DNA of 64,000 bases from Tubiluchus corallicola (taxonomy: Eukaryota; Animalia; Priapulida): positions 248,001 through 312,000 of the forward strand of contig JAQGDQ010000117.1 in NCBI GenBank assembly GCA_030141605.1, in the 5' to 3' direction. Position numbers and translations under genes: made by a program. Under the pieces are notes generated by a model. The model saw only the letters and a list, made by a program, of their open reading frames with translations, searched no databases and was not told the origin of the DNA. Shown here piece by piece: positions 63,495-64,000 of this stretch; the first letter of the stretch is position 1, and each line of letters starts with the position of its first letter.

Positions 63495-64000
63495 CTGAAA
63501 AATGAATAAGATTGATACAGTTTGATTATGTAGTGATACTAAATAAATAGGGAAGTCTCATGATGGGTAGTTGTCAGCTGGCATCTGGCAGTTATCTATC
63601 TTCAGTAATATATCTCAAAAAAAAATCAAAGTAAAAAACTCTATGACACAGTTGCCTTTCAGAAGTTCAAAGGTTTCAGCTAATAAGGTTACAAAGCAAT
63701 TGTCGTAGTATATTTTCTAGTGTCTATTTGTCTGTTCATCAATATACTGAAAATGAAGAGGGAAGTATACTTTAACCTTCATATGTGCCAGAACTGCTTT
63801 TTCTGTGGTCTGTGACCTTTTTGAAAGGTTAACCCATCACTATTACGGAAGATTCCCTTATGTGAGGTTCACATTTATGTATGGCATATAGACTTAGCCT
63901 GCACATGCTATTATATTACTACTTCCTCCCCCAATCTGAAAATCCCCAACCCAAACCCAAACTCAGTTATAATGGATGCTTTACATAAAAACACTCAAGA

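Noticed and set aside
63770-63840. Candidate Pax2/5/8 coding exon 1
   Set aside because: Weak donor, and an in-frame stop with no ATG in the required phase. Exon 1 probably lies beyond the window.

Overview
AT-rich, intron-rich animal genomic DNA, not prokaryotic. Gene content suggests an invertebrate chordate such as an ascidian, which is an inference. Four multi-exon genes were reconstructed by hand from GT-AG junctions and codon phase. (1) A CEP126-like centrosomal/ciliary gene (minus strand, runs off the left edge) with an RFX X-box at its non-coding first exon. (2) A ~777-aa charged, SR-like protein with a C-terminal CCDC9-type motif (minus strand). (3) A 14-exon, 348-aa cAMP-receptor-like (CrlA/GPR157-type) 7TM receptor (plus strand). 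(4) Pax2/5/8 (minus strand, first exon outside the window). Between genes 2 and 3 lies an intact, GC-rich, full-length RTE-clade LINE with a 14-bp target-site duplication. Its 5' UTR holds a candidate non-canonical HDV-like ribozyme and three structured repeats, and its APE-RT frame has no AUG ahead of the endonuclease motifs. The introns and intergenic DNA contain many transposon remnants: hAT/Charlie, composite Mutator-like MITEs, Tigger MITEs, L2/CR1 fragments, and tRNA- and 5S-derived SINEs. Most entries in the supplied ORF track are spurious. All family assignments come from motif recall; no searches were run.
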